Positions 19,868 to 30,173 of a stretch of 64,000 bases of DNA are shown one piece after another. This DNA is from Verrucomicrobiota bacterium. Its GTDB lineage: Bacteria; Verrucomicrobiota; Verrucomicrobiia; Limisphaerales; AAA164-E04. Every line of letters starts with the position of its first letter. Within the stretch, counting starts at the first letter, position 1. The DNA lies in contig CP170459.1 in assembly GCA_047947115.1 (NCBI GenBank), positions 2,816,001-2,880,000 of the forward strand. Direction: 5' to 3'. Under the pieces are notes generated by a model. It saw only the letters and a list, made by a program, of their open reading frames with translations, made no database searches and had not been told where the DNA came from. A program made the translations under genes and the position numbers.

Positions 19868-20974
19868 TCAGGCCAGGATCATGGCATCGCCGTAACTGAA
19901 AAAACGGTAACGGTTTTGGATGGCTTCTTGGTATGCCTTCCGAATGAGATCCAGTCCATCTGTTTTCCCAGGACTCGCGAATGCGGATACCAGCATCAAT
20001 AACGTGCTTTTGGGAAGGTGAAAGTTGGTGATCAGTTGGTCCGTTAGTTTGAAATCATATGGAGGATAGATGAAGATGTCGGTTCGTCCCTGGAGGGGGG
20101 CCGTTGATTGGCCGGGCTGCCAGATGCGGGCGAGCGATTCCAGTACTCTGAGGCTGGTTGTGCCGACTGCGGTAATCTTGCCGCCTCCGGAACGTGTTTT
20201 TTGAATGGCTTTCAGTGTGTTGGTCGATACCTGAAAACGTTCTTCATGCATTTTGTGATCGGTTATCCATTCTGCTTGCACTGGTGCGAACGTGCCCAAT
20301 CCGACGTGTAAAGTCACCCAGGCGACTTCGACGCCGGCGTTGCGAATGTGATCCAGAAGTTCCGGTGTGTAGTGCAATCCGGCTGTCGGGGCGGCGACGG
20401 AACCCCGGGGATCTGCATACACTGTTTGATATCTTTCCTTGTCCTCTTCAGTAGGGTGGTCCTTTCTTTGAATATAGGGGGGCAGGGGCATTTCCCCCAG
20501 TTCATCGATACAGTCCAAAATGGGGGCATTTCCCGAAAATTCCACATGATATCGTCCGTCTTCGGTTTTATCGAGCACTTCGGCTGACATGTTGGACAGA
20601 TTTCCTTTCAGGTTGTGCAGGTTGATACGAGTTCCCGGACGCACTCTTTTGCCAGGTTTGAGCATGACCAGCCATTGGTTGGGCTGGGTTTCCTCCACCA
20701 GCAACAATTCCATTTTGCCTCCCGTTCCTTGCTTCTCGCCTCGCAGGCGTGCCGGGATGACTTTGGTGTTGTTCAGGATCAGGAGATCCCCTTTTTGTAG
20801 AAAATCCAGATGATCCGGGAAGCTTCGATGCGACACAGTCAGGTTCTTGCGGTGGATCGCCAGTAAACGTGAGCGATCCCTCGCATCCGGTGTTGGATGC
20901 TGCGCGATCAGGTCCGCTGGGAGTTCGAAATCAAAATCCTCCGTTCGAAATGCGTGTTCTTGGAGCGTTGCCAT
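19868..20974 (-). CDS. queA: S-adenosylmethionine:tRNA ribosyltransferase-isomerase
   Basis: DFDFELP..IAQ, NNTKVIPARL, PLPPYI, YQTVYA, AAPTAGLH, LHVGLGTF, TNFHLPKSTL, YRFFSYGDAM. Confidence 0.97.
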   Translation of the reverse strand: MATLQEHAFRTEDFDFELPADLIAQHPTPDARDRSRLLAIHRKNLTVSHRSFPDHLDFLQKGDLLILNNTKVIPARLRGEKQGTGGKMELLLVEETQPNQWLVMLKPGKRVRPGTRINLHNLKGNLSNMSAEVLDKTEDGRYHVEFSGNAPILDCIDELGEMPLPPYIQRKDHPTEEDKERYQTVYADPRGSVAAPTAGLHYTPELLDHIRNAGVEVAWVTLHVGLGTFAPVQAEWITDHKMHEERFQVSTNTLKAIQKTRSGGGKITAVGTTSLRVLESLARIWQPGQSTAPLQGRTDIFIYPPYDFKLTDQLITNFHLPKSTLLMLVSAFASPGKTDGLDLIRKAYQEAIQNRYRFFSYGDAMILA

Positions 20975-21354
20975 GAAGTAAAACCATTCCGATAAAACAG
21001 GCTTCATTGCAATAAAAACAAAAGCGTGTATATTGCTTGGTCAATCTTGCCCAAAAATATGCGTTCCGGATACCGATGTACCCAAACCGAGGCGCAAAAC
21101 AGTGGGAAAGTAGCCGGGGAGACAAAGTCAAGAGTGGGGGAAGTGCCCAAAAAGCCCGAACCGATAAAGTGAGGCTGCCTCTTGAGAACAGGGTGGGGGA
21201 AAATCCCAATCGTAAAATAAGCGATGTCCAGGCTACTTGGGTGAGTGAAGGAGTATCGTTAAAGTTCTGGTTTTTTGTCGTAAACTGCTCCTAAACATGG
21301 GGGGAATTCTACCTTCCATTTTTAAGTCTAAGCTTACTTTTTCGATATTTCCTA

Positions 21355-21384
21355 TTGACCCGGTGGGGGAAATGACCATTTAAT
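21355..21384 (+). promoter_or_regulatory. Candidate sigma70 promoter of the dcw cluster with a GTGGGGGAA box in the spacer
   Basis: TTGACC (21355-21360), 18-nt spacer, TTTAAT (21379-21384), 52 nt upstream of mraZ. Confidence 0.45.
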
Positions 21385-21436
21385 GTGGCGTTCGCCCAAT
21401 AGGTGGCCCTTCGGGGCGTGATGTGTTTTTACTGGT

Positions 21437-21895
21437 GTGTCCGAGGATCAAACCATGTTTTTGGGTTCGGTGGAATCGAGCCTGGATGCCAAAAGACGAG
21501 TGCAAGTGCCCTCTTCTTGGCGGAATGCGTGTGGTTCTCCGAAGTTTGCGTTGGTCAAGTGGCAGCCCGAACCAAGCGAGAAGCCTTGCATCTTGGGAAT
21601 GATGCCTTCGCTCTTGTTTGATTTTGTCAAAAAGATGAACGCCAAACCTTTTTCGGACCCCAAGGCCGAACGTGTTCGGAGATCGCTCTCGCGTGAAGCT
21701 GCCTTGTTGGAACTGGATTCAGCAGGACGGCTGACTTTGCCGGTGAATTTGATGAATGTCACTGGCTTGGCTCCGAAGAGTAAAATCATGGTCGTAGGCA
21801 TGTTTGACCGGTTTCAAATCTGGAATTTGGACGACTATTTAGGTGTAAGCGAAGAAGACGACAAGGCGTATCCGGATGCGATCAAAGAATTTTAA
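21437..21895 (+). CDS. mraZ: Division/cell wall cluster transcriptional repressor MraZ
   Basis: FLG....LDAKRRVQVP, LDSAGRLTLP, VGMFDRFQIW. First gene of the dcw cluster. Confidence 0.93.
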   Translation: MSEDQTMFLGSVESSLDAKRRVQVPSSWRNACGSPKFALVKWQPEPSEKPCILGMMPSLLFDFVKKMNAKPFSDPKAERVRRSLSREAALLELDSAGRLTLPVNLMNVTGLAPKSKIMVVGMFDRFQIWNLDDYLGVSEEDDKAYPDAIKEF

Positions 21896-21906
21896 TCTAC
21901 ATCGGA

Positions 21907-22461
21907 ATGAATTTGAAAAAATATCTGTCAATGGGTCACGTGGTTGAAGACTTGAATCTTCACGGCCGTTATTTGCCCTCGAAGCCCGGGATGATTCCCA
22001 GGTTCGATCATCGCAAACTTGGCGCGGCGCGTACCCATCGCAGTAAGCAAGGAACGAGACATATCGCTTTCAGCACCAAAACGGGTGGAATACAACCCCA
22101 GGAAGAGGCCATGAACGAAACGCACGCAAACACGCAATCTTCCGGCGCACACCGGAAGATTGCGGTTTCTACTCCCACCAAGATTGAGATAAGCGGAACA
22201 CCTCGATCCAGACGGGGCGTATTCAAGAGAGTTCACGGCGGAATACCGAAGTTCCAGCGAGTTGAGGCAGGGGATTACCAACAGGATCTGTTCGAGAAGA
22301 TGATTCCTATCGAACTGGGGCCTGATCATGGACAGTCATTCGAGTTGAAGATCCAGAAAAAAGAGCTGCCACAAGCGGTAGGTCATGAGTTGGAGCCCCC
22401 ACCACCCACACAGTGGAAGCGCATCAAGGGTGCGCTTTCGGGTTGGTTGAGACGCGGATGA
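21907..22461 (+). CDS. Hypothetical basic protein between mraZ and rsmH
   Basis: 184-aa ORF fills the gap exactly (11 nt after mraZ, 3 nt before rsmH). No recognised motif. Confidence 0.6.
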   Translation: MNLKKYLSMGHVVEDLNLHGRYLPSKPGMIPRFDHRKLGAARTHRSKQGTRHIAFSTKTGGIQPQEEAMNETHANTQSSGAHRKIAVSTPTKIEISGTPRSRRGVFKRVHGGIPKFQRVEAGDYQQDLFEKMIPIELGPDHGQSFELKIQKKELPQAVGHELEPPPPTQWKRIKGALSGWLRRG

Positions 22462-22464
22462 TGG

Positions 22465-23457
22465 GTGATGAAAGACGAGGTGTTCCAGCATCTGTCCGTT
22501 TTGCCGAGGGAGACGCTGGAAGCATTGGAACCTCGCTCGGGAGGTTTGTACCTGGACATGACGCTAGGTGGGGCTGGTCATGCCAGTTTGGTTTTGGAGC
22601 AGAGTGGTCCGGATGGGAAACTTTATGGAACGGATCGAGATGGGGATGCGATAAGGGCTGCTGGTGAACGGCTCAAGCCGTTTGAAGGGAGGTTCGAGAT
22701 ACGACGTTGTCCCTTTGCGGATGTCTCGGATTGGTTGGGGGAAGGAATATGCGACGGTGTGCTGATGGATTTGGGGATCAGTAGTCCGCAAGTTGATTGG
22801 GGGCACAGGGGGTTCAGTTTTATGAAGATGGGAAATCTCGACATGCGAATGGATGTCGGGGATCAAGTGACGGCCGCAGACATCGTGAACACTTGGTCGG
22901 GTGATGAGTTGATCCGGATTTTTCGGCTCTATGGGGAGGAACCCAGGGCGCGAAGAGTGGCTCAAGCCATCACCGAGAGAAGAGCGGTCAAGCCGTTTGA
23001 GACGACACTGCAGTTGGCCGAATGCATTGAAACGGCCCTGGGAAGGCGCGGTGACAAACACCATTCTGCCACCCGGGTTTTTCAGGCCTTGCGGATGCAG
23101 GTGAATGACGAACTGGGGCAGTTGGAAAGAGGGCTTGTGGCAGCGTGGAAGGTTTTAAAGGAACATGGAAAGTTGGTGACTATTTCTTTCCATTCACTTG
23201 AAGCCAGAATGGTCAAGCAGTTTGGGAATTTTTGGTCATTGGATTATCGGGCGGGGGATGCGATGGACACACCTGCTTTGCGGATTCCCAAGCAACCCTG
23301 CGCCCGGTGGTTGTCGCGAAAAGCGGTGAAACCCTCTGTGGAGGAAACCCGGTCCAATCCGCGGGCACGAAGCGCGCAGTTGAGGACATTGATTAAGTTG
23401 CGGGCGTTGCCGGCAGGAGAGGAAATGGATTGGAGAACCGGAAAGCGGTTCCGTTAA
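22465..23457 (+). CDS. rsmH: 16S rRNA m4C1402 methyltransferase
   Basis: HLSVL, DMTLGGAGH, DLGISSPQ, LDMRMD, YGEE, FQALRMQVNDEL, ISFHSLE, NPRARSAQLR. Confidence 0.97.
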   Translation: MMKDEVFQHLSVLPRETLEALEPRSGGLYLDMTLGGAGHASLVLEQSGPDGKLYGTDRDGDAIRAAGERLKPFEGRFEIRRCPFADVSDWLGEGICDGVLMDLGISSPQVDWGHRGFSFMKMGNLDMRMDVGDQVTAADIVNTWSGDELIRIFRLYGEEPRARRVAQAITERRAVKPFETTLQLAECIETALGRRGDKHHSATRVFQALRMQVNDELGQLERGLVAAWKVLKEHGKLVTISFHSLEARMVKQFGNFWSLDYRAGDAMDTPALRIPKQPCARWLSRKAVKPSVEETRSNPRARSAQLRTLIKLRALPAGEEMDWRTGKRFR

Positions 23458-23567
23458 TAAAAAAATTTTTCAAAGTCGTAAAAGCTCGAAGCCGGAGAGG
23501 ATACCGGATTCTCAGACCCGTGAGCAGGGTTGAACTATGTCGTAAACCATGAAGTCGTTTAATTCGT

Positions 23568-23987
23568 ATGAATGCTTATCATCATCACACAGAAGCGGTC
23601 ATCAGTATCGGATGGTTGGTCCGATGCGCCTCGCTCTGTCTAGTCATCGGCGCAGCCAGCGTCGGTTATCTCTTCCAGAAGGAAGCTCTCCACCATAAGG
23701 CGGATGTTGTCGACCAACTCGAACGCCAATTGCGCAGGCTGCAACGGGAGAATGAACTCAGACGTCAGGAATATGCGTCCTTGATCTCTCCAAAACACCT
23801 CGAGGCAGAGGTGGAAAGACGCCAGCTCAACCTGGTTCCTCCCGGTCCTGAGCATGTCCTGAGCCTTCCCATGCCGAATCCTCAGTTGGTTCGGGCAAAA
23901 AACGATGGAAAGGAATCACGTCGTCGCGCTCCCTTTACCTATAGTCAATTAGCCTCAAAACACTACACACGGAGGTATATGCCATGA
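23568..23987 (+). CDS. ftsL: FtsL-like cell division protein
   Basis: Single TM helix followed by a coiled coil and LISPKHLE. Canonical position between rsmH and ftsI. Confidence 0.7.
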   Translation: MNAYHHHTEAVISIGWLVRCASLCLVIGAASVGYLFQKEALHHKADVVDQLERQLRRLQRENELRRQEYASLISPKHLEAEVERRQLNLVPPGPEHVLSLPMPNPQLVRAKNDGKESRRRAPFTYSQLASKHYTRRYMP

Positions 23988-25933
23988 GCAACACTTCCAG
24001 ACCAGACCGTGTGGTTCCGGTGCAGCCTTTACAACTGCAGCGGATGTTGACATTTACTGTGTTGTTGATGGTTGGTTTTGCCGTGGTGATTGGACGCTTG
24101 ATCTATCTCCAGGCGGTTCGTCATGAATATTACCTTGCCAAGGCTCAGGAGAAAACACGACGGATCTACCTCCGGGAATCCGAGCGTGGCAAGATCATGG
24201 ATCGACAGGGAGTGCTGTTGGCCACCAATCAACGCATTCGTATTCTCTGTGCCAATCTCGCTTATATTGATCGCTACAATGACAAGATGGCGCGCGCCAT
24301 TGCCGAATATTTGGAGCACAAAGGGGTGACCGAAGAGGGGATTCGACAGAGGTTGGAGCTGAACTATGTCACGGTGAAGGACAAGAGCGTTCTGGATCCG
24401 CATGTGCGACTTCGAGTCAAGGTCACCGATGAGGAATACAACGGACTCAAGGATTACATCGCCCAGTATCCCTTCAACGAACATCCCGAATTGCTTCCGG
24501 AGTCCGAGCAGGATTTCGTGAAGCAAATGAAGCGGTGGGCTGTGTTTGTCGAACCGGTGGATGATTTCAAGCGCTTGTATCCCAATGGAACCATGGCGGC
24601 TCATACTCTGGGATTCACCCAATCCCGTGAAGAAGTATGGAGCGGGCGAACGGTGTTTTTGACCAAGGGTATTGAGGGGATCGAGCGCACCTGTGACGAA
24701 TGGTTGCGGGGCGCCATTGGATGGCGCGAGACCGAGCGTGCTCCAGGTGTTGGTGAGTTGAGGGAATACCGTTACCGCGATTTGTCCCCACGATCGGGGA
24801 TGAATGTGGTACTGACGCTGGATGCAGGCATTCAGGCCATTGTTGAAGAGGAATTGGCCACGGGTGTCGAAACCTCGAAACCCATGAGCGCCACCGTTAT
24901 TGTGGTACGACCTCAGACGGGTGAAATTTTGGGAATGGCCAGTTACCCCACCTTCAATCCCAACAAACCGGTGACCGCCATCAATAACGGGGATGCTTCC
25001 AAAAACCGTGCGATCATGGACCAGTTCGAGCCCGGCAGTACCTTTAAAATCGTCTCGATTGCCTCGGCATTGAGCGAGGGGACTTCCCGTCTGAACGACA
25101 CGGTTTATTGTGAAAATGGTCAATTCAGCAATGGAAAATGGAGGCTTACAGATGATCACAGCTATGGAAACCTGTCTGTGATGGAAGTTCTGGCCAAGTC
25201 CAGCAACATCGGCACTTACAAGGTGATCCGTGAGGTGGGGTCTCAGCGATTCTTTGACTACATCCGGGGATTTGGCTTCGGGCAGCCGACGGGCATTCAG
25301 TTGCCGGGGGAACTCGGCGGGAAAGTGCATCATGTGAACGATTGGAGGGATGTGACCATGTCCCGAGTGGCCATCGGTTACACCATTTCCGTCACGCCGC
25401 TGCAGATCACCATGGCGATGGCAGCCATTGCCAATGGGGGGCGACTAATGCAACCGATGATCATTGACCGGATTGAATACCCTGATGGTCGAACCATGAC
25501 GAAGTATGACCCGCATTTGGTTCGTCAGGTCATGACCGAGCAATCCACTCTGGACATTACAAAAGCACTTTCCCAGGTGGTGAGTGATCAGGGGACGGCG
25601 CGTCGGGCCGAGCTTGAAAAGTATACGGTGGCTGGCAAAACCGGAACCGCCCGAAAAATTGTCAATGGTCGTTATACGCACTCAAAACACTTGGCATCCT
25701 TCGTCGGATTTCTGCCGGCGGAAGCTCCCGAGATCTGTATATCGGTGATGTTTAACGAACCAGAAGGACGCGGATATGGGGGGATCCATTCTGCTCCGGT
25801 GTTCAAACTGATTGCCGAGCGTGTGGCCAATTATCTGAACCTCAAACCCAGCGAATGGTATATGCCTGCGGAGGAAATGCCCGAGGATTTGATTGTTCAA
25901 ACCAGGGTCATGCCCGTTCATTTTCAACCATGA
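23984..25933 (+). CDS. ftsI: Class B penicillin-binding protein (PBP3/FtsI)
   Basis: RGKIMDR, RLYPNG, GIEGIE, EPGSTFK (SxxK), KSSN (SxN), AGKTGTA. Confidence 0.95.
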   Translation: MSNTSRPDRVVPVQPLQLQRMLTFTVLLMVGFAVVIGRLIYLQAVRHEYYLAKAQEKTRRIYLRESERGKIMDRQGVLLATNQRIRILCANLAYIDRYNDKMARAIAEYLEHKGVTEEGIRQRLELNYVTVKDKSVLDPHVRLRVKVTDEEYNGLKDYIAQYPFNEHPELLPESEQDFVKQMKRWAVFVEPVDDFKRLYPNGTMAAHTLGFTQSREEVWSGRTVFLTKGIEGIERTCDEWLRGAIGWRETERAPGVGELREYRYRDLSPRSGMNVVLTLDAGIQAIVEEELATGVETSKPMSATVIVVRPQTGEILGMASYPTFNPNKPVTAINNGDASKNRAIMDQFEPGSTFKIVSIASALSEGTSRLNDTVYCENGQFSNGKWRLTDDHSYGNLSVMEVLAKSSNIGTYKVIREVGSQRFFDYIRGFGFGQPTGIQLPGELGGKVHHVNDWRDVTMSRVAIGYTISVTPLQITMAMAAIANGGRLMQPMIIDRIEYPDGRTMTKYDPHLVRQVMTEQSTLDITKALSQVVSDQGTARRAELEKYTVAGKTGTARKIVNGRYTHSKHLASFVGFLPAEAPEICISVMFNEPEGRGYGGIHSAPVFKLIAERVANYLNLKPSEWYMPAEEMPEDLIVQTRVMPVHFQP

Positions 25934-25949
25934 TGAGGAGGACCACGAC

Positions 25950-27488
25950 ATGTATAAAGTTTTGGAATCGTTGCTCGCCGTCCTGTCTCATGTGGAAGTA
26001 ATCGGGAAACCCCAGGGAGTCATTACCGATATCACTCAGGATTCAAGAACCGTGACTCCTGGTTCACTTTTCATTGCCCTCCCAGGTCATTCCCATAATG
26101 GTCATGATTTTATTTTTTCCGCTTTGGAACGTGGGGCGGCTGCCATCGTGGTTGAAAGCCATGAGTTTGTCATTGAGAACTGGGTCCGTAAAGTCCCGTT
26201 CATTGTCGTGGAAGACGCCCGGGAGGCCACTGCGGCCATTGCGGCCTGGTATTTTGACAACCCTGCCAGAAAATTGAAAATGGTGGGCATCACGGGTACC
26301 AATGGCAAAACATCCGTGGCGTTCATGGTCAGTCATCTGATGCGTTGTGCCGGTCAAAAAGTGGGAATGATAGGGACTGTGCGTTATGAAATAGGGGACC
26401 GTCAGATACCCGCTGCACGCACGACCCCGGATGCGATTCAGCTGAATCGTCTGCTGCATGAAATGGTGGGAGCCGGATGCGATACATGTGTGATGGAAGT
26501 CAGTTCGCATGCCATCGACCAGAAACGGGTTCTGGGGATACCTTTTCGGATCATGGTGTTTACCAATTTGACAAGGGATCATCTGGACTATCACCAGGAC
26601 CTTGAAGCCTATTTTGAAACCAAAAAAATGCTTCTGGATGGTTCGGTGGGCACCGCTGCGTCGGCCCTTCGCATTGTTAACACGGATGACTCCTTTGGGC
26701 GGCGATTGATGGCGCAATTGGGTGGCAGACGTGTCAGGACTTTTGGACAGGAACAATCGTTTCAGCCTGATCTGCTCGCCAGTGAAACGGATTTGGCGGC
26801 GGGTTACACCCGGTTTCGGCTCCTTGGCGCCGCCCGTGAACCGTTGACCTGTCTGGCTCCACTGATCGGGCGCCATAATGTTTCCAATATGCTGGCAGCT
26901 GCGGGGGTTGTATTTGAACTCGGTTTGACGCCAGAAGCTTTCAAGATTGGGTTGTCGACCATGCCCGCTGTTCCGGGACGATTGGAACCCGTACATTGCG
27001 GGCAGCCATTTTCGGTGTTCATTGATTACGCCCATACGGAAGATGCATTGTACCATGTGCTGACCACCATGCGTCCATTGACCCGGGAAAAGTTGCATTG
27101 CGTGTTTGGATGCGGCGGAAACCGTGATCTGGGTAAACGATCCCGCATGGGAATCGTTGCCGCTCAGTGGGCCGACCGGACCTGGATTACCAGCGATAAC
27201 CCGCGAAAAGAGGATCCGGAGTTGATCGCCAGAGATATTGAATCCGGGTACCATTCGATTCGCAGGGAAGGTTCGCGTATCATCATGGATCGACGAGAAG
27301 CGATCGAAACCGCGTTGAGTGCTGCTGAACCCGGGGATGTGGTGTTGATAGCCGGTAAGGGACATGAGACGTATCAGGAATTTGCTGACACCGTCGTTCC
27401 GTTTGATGATCGAATTGCGGCCGCCGACATGTTGATATCGATGGGGTATGCATCTCCAGAAGCTGTCGAGGAAAGGAGAGCGAGCTGA
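25950..27488 (+). CDS. murE: UDP-MurNAc-dipeptide:meso-DAP ligase
   Basis: GITGTNGKTS, TTPD, MEVSSH, DYAHT, DNPR (meso-DAP signature), AGKGHE. RBS GAGGAGG before ATG 25950. Confidence 0.97.
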   Translation: MYKVLESLLAVLSHVEVIGKPQGVITDITQDSRTVTPGSLFIALPGHSHNGHDFIFSALERGAAAIVVESHEFVIENWVRKVPFIVVEDAREATAAIAAWYFDNPARKLKMVGITGTNGKTSVAFMVSHLMRCAGQKVGMIGTVRYEIGDRQIPAARTTPDAIQLNRLLHEMVGAGCDTCVMEVSSHAIDQKRVLGIPFRIMVFTNLTRDHLDYHQDLEAYFETKKMLLDGSVGTAASALRIVNTDDSFGRRLMAQLGGRRVRTFGQEQSFQPDLLASETDLAAGYTRFRLLGAAREPLTCLAPLIGRHNVSNMLAAAGVVFELGLTPEAFKIGLSTMPAVPGRLEPVHCGQPFSVFIDYAHTEDALYHVLTTMRPLTREKLHCVFGCGGNRDLGKRSRMGIVAAQWADRTWITSDNPRKEDPELIARDIESGYHSIRREGSRIIMDRREAIETALSAAEPGDVVLIAGKGHETYQEFADTVVPFDDRIAAADMLISMGYASPEAVEERRAS

Positions 27489-27490
27489 TC

Positions 27491-29002
27491 ATGATTTCAT
27501 TTTCCTTACGCGACGCATCCCTGGCCTGTGGCGGAGTTCTGGCCGGTATTGGGGAAGACACATTGGTCCGGGGGTTTTCCACGGATTCCAGAAAAGTGCA
27601 CCCGGGGGATCTCTTTTTCGCGCTGCAAGGGGATCGCTTCGATGCGCACCAATTCCTGACACCGGAATGGTTGGAAAGGGGTGCTTGTTGTGTGGTTACT
27701 CCGGAGTTGTTACCGGTTGGTCTGCCTGATTTTCCCCGTGTGGAGGTTCCCGATGTCCGCAAGGCGTTGGGGCGGGTGGCCCAAGTGTATCGTCGGCGGT
27801 TCAATGTGCCGGTCATAGGGATTACCGGTTCCAATGGCAAGACATCCACCAAGGCCCTGTTGAAAGCAGCCATGTCTGAGGACCGAGCCGTATTGGCCAG
27901 TCCAGCGAGTTTCAACAATGATGTGGGTGTACCCTTGACACTTTTGGAGATGGACCCGGCGCATGAGGCTGCCATCCTTGAAATTGGTACCAACCATCCA
28001 GGTGAAATCGCCCATCTCACCCGCATGGTGGAGCCAACCATGGGGGTCATCACTTCGATCGGGGGAAGTCATGTCGGGCATTTTGGTTCGGTGGATGCCA
28101 TTGCAGAGGAGAAGGGGTGGCTGGCTGAACTTCTTCCTGCCAACGGCACCTTGTTTCTCAATGCCGACTCTCCCTGGTCTGAGTCTTGCGCGCGACGTGC
28201 TTCCGCGAAAGTCATCCGTGTTGGGTTTTCCGATTCGGCTGATTGGCGTCTGGATGCCTGTGATGTGCAATCGGACCGGACCTGTTGCTCAATCCGCAAT
28301 CGGGCAGGTGATGTTCAAACGAAATTTCAGATTCCGGTTCCCGGGCGTCATCAGGCTATCAATGCCGGATTGGCCTTTGCGGCTGCGTTTCAGAATGGGG
28401 TTTCAGTGGAGCACATTGTTCAAGGATTGCGGTCGGCTGAAATGCCTTCCATGCGGATGCAAGCCATGACCAATGACCGGTTCACCGTCTGGAATGATGC
28501 TTACAATGCCAACGAAGATTCCGTGGTTGCCGCCATGGATACGTTCGCGGCCGTTTCCGCCAAAGCTTCGCGGAAGGTGATGGTTCTCGGGGAGTTGAAC
28601 GAGCTGGGGGATCATGCGGAGGGCGTTTATCAACGATTGGCCGTGGCTGCCTCCAGGTATGGTTTTGATTTGTTGGTCGGGATTGGTCACGGACCTGATC
28701 AGTGGGTGGATCAGCTCCATCAGAAGCATGGCTCATGCTGTTTGTCCTATGAACATGTTGAGGAAGCCATCGAAAAGCTCCCTTCACACCTGGTTCCTGG
28801 CGATCATCTATTGATCAAAGCCTCACGAGGTGCTCGGCTTGAACGGCTGGCGGAAACCTTACTGGCAGACCATGAAGATTCCAAAGTGGGTGGTGAAACG
28901 AAGAAACTGCCCCATGATCCAACATCGGGAATGAGCGGTCCGTCGGTTCGCAAGGTCCTTGCTGGAGCTGTTTCCGCAAGTTTGGGAGGGATGATATCAT
29001 GA
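27491..29002 (+). CDS. murF: UDP-MurNAc-tripeptide:D-Ala-D-Ala ligase
   Basis: ITGSNGKTSTK, NNDVGVPLTL, EIGTNHPGEI, NDAYNAN, LIKASRG. Confidence 0.96.
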   Translation: MISFSLRDASLACGGVLAGIGEDTLVRGFSTDSRKVHPGDLFFALQGDRFDAHQFLTPEWLERGACCVVTPELLPVGLPDFPRVEVPDVRKALGRVAQVYRRRFNVPVIGITGSNGKTSTKALLKAAMSEDRAVLASPASFNNDVGVPLTLLEMDPAHEAAILEIGTNHPGEIAHLTRMVEPTMGVITSIGGSHVGHFGSVDAIAEEKGWLAELLPANGTLFLNADSPWSESCARRASAKVIRVGFSDSADWRLDACDVQSDRTCCSIRNRAGDVQTKFQIPVPGRHQAINAGLAFAAAFQNGVSVEHIVQGLRSAEMPSMRMQAMTNDRFTVWNDAYNANEDSVVAAMDTFAAVSAKASRKVMVLGELNELGDHAEGVYQRLAVAASRYGFDLLVGIGHGPDQWVDQLHQKHGSCCLSYEHVEEAIEKLPSHLVPGDHLLIKASRGARLERLAETLLADHEDSKVGGETKKLPHDPTSGMSGPSVRKVLAGAVSASLGGMIS

Positions 29003-30144
29003 TTTACTACCTGCATGAATTGATTTTGGAGTGGATTCAAGGAACTTCCTTGGAGGATCCCTTGTCCGGCGTGCGTGTGTTTCGCTATATCTCTGTCCGC
29101 GGTATTGGTGCGGCCATCACTGCTTTGGTGTTTTGCTGGGTGCTTGGGCCGAGGGTGATCGCCTGGTTGAAAGATTTGAAATTTCGTCAGTTCTATGACG
29201 ATAAATCCCAACAGGCAGGTGGAGTCGTGCGGGTTACGGACAAAAAAGGAACGCCCACGATGGGGGGCATCCTGATTGTGTTGTCCATGGATCTGGCTGT
29301 CATTCTTTGGGCCCAATTGAATACCATGATTTTGTTGTGCCTGCTCTCTTTGATCGTTCTTTCGGCACTCGGGTTCTATGACGACTACGTCAAAATTACC
29401 CGGCAGGACGGGGAAGGTGTTGCGTCCAAGGTAAAGTTATGGGTCCAGCTCATTCTTGGATGCTCCGTTGCGGGGTATTTGTGGTACGTTCCTGAAACAC
29501 GCCCGTTGATCGAAGATCTCATGATACCTTTCATCAAAACTCCCGTGTTGCAGGGGGTGGCTCTTGTTGGGTTTGGTATCACTTTACTGGCGATCATGGG
29601 CAGTTCCAATGCCGTGAATCTGACGGATGGGCTGGACGGATTGGCGATCGGATGCACCATCATTGTGACAGGTGTTTTTGTGGCGTTGACCTACATCGCA
29701 GGTAATATCAAGTGGGCTACCTACTTGCAGGTGCCTTACGTGCCGGGAGCGGCAGAATTAACGGTGTTTTGTGCCGCCATGCTGGGGGCTTCCGTGGGGT
29801 TTCTCTGGTATAACTGCCATCCCGCCCAGGTTTTTATGGGGGACACCGGATCACTCGCTTTGGGGGGAGCACTTGGAATCATGGCAGTTTTGATCCATCA
29901 ACCCCTGATCCTGGTCATTGCCGGTGGGGTGTTTGTGATGGAAGCCGTCTCGGTCATCATGCAGGTGAGCTATTTCAAATACCACAAACGACGAACAGGC
30001 GTTGGTAAACGCATCTTTTTGAGAACTCCCGTTCATCACCATTTCGAGCAATTGGGTTGGCAGGAAACGCAGGTAGTGACCCGTTTTTATATTTTAACCG
30101 GGCTGTTTGCGTGTCTGGCCTTGTTGACGTTGAAAATCCGATGA
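28999..30144 (+). CDS. mraY: Phospho-MurNAc-pentapeptide transferase
   Basis: KKGTPTMGG, GFYDDY, NAVNLTDGLDGLA, FMGDTGSLALGG, PVHHHFE. Confidence 0.98.
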   Translation: MIYYLHELILEWIQGTSLEDPLSGVRVFRYISVRGIGAAITALVFCWVLGPRVIAWLKDLKFRQFYDDKSQQAGGVVRVTDKKGTPTMGGILIVLSMDLAVILWAQLNTMILLCLLSLIVLSALGFYDDYVKITRQDGEGVASKVKLWVQLILGCSVAGYLWYVPETRPLIEDLMIPFIKTPVLQGVALVGFGITLLAIMGSSNAVNLTDGLDGLAIGCTIIVTGVFVALTYIAGNIKWATYLQVPYVPGAAELTVFCAAMLGASVGFLWYNCHPAQVFMGDTGSLALGGALGIMAVLIHQPLILVIAGGVFVMEAVSVIMQVSYFKYHKRRTGVGKRIFLRTPVHHHFEQLGWQETQVVTRFYILTGLFACLALLTLKIR

Positions 30145-30173
30145 ATCATGGGGAGAGATCACTCTAAATAAAA

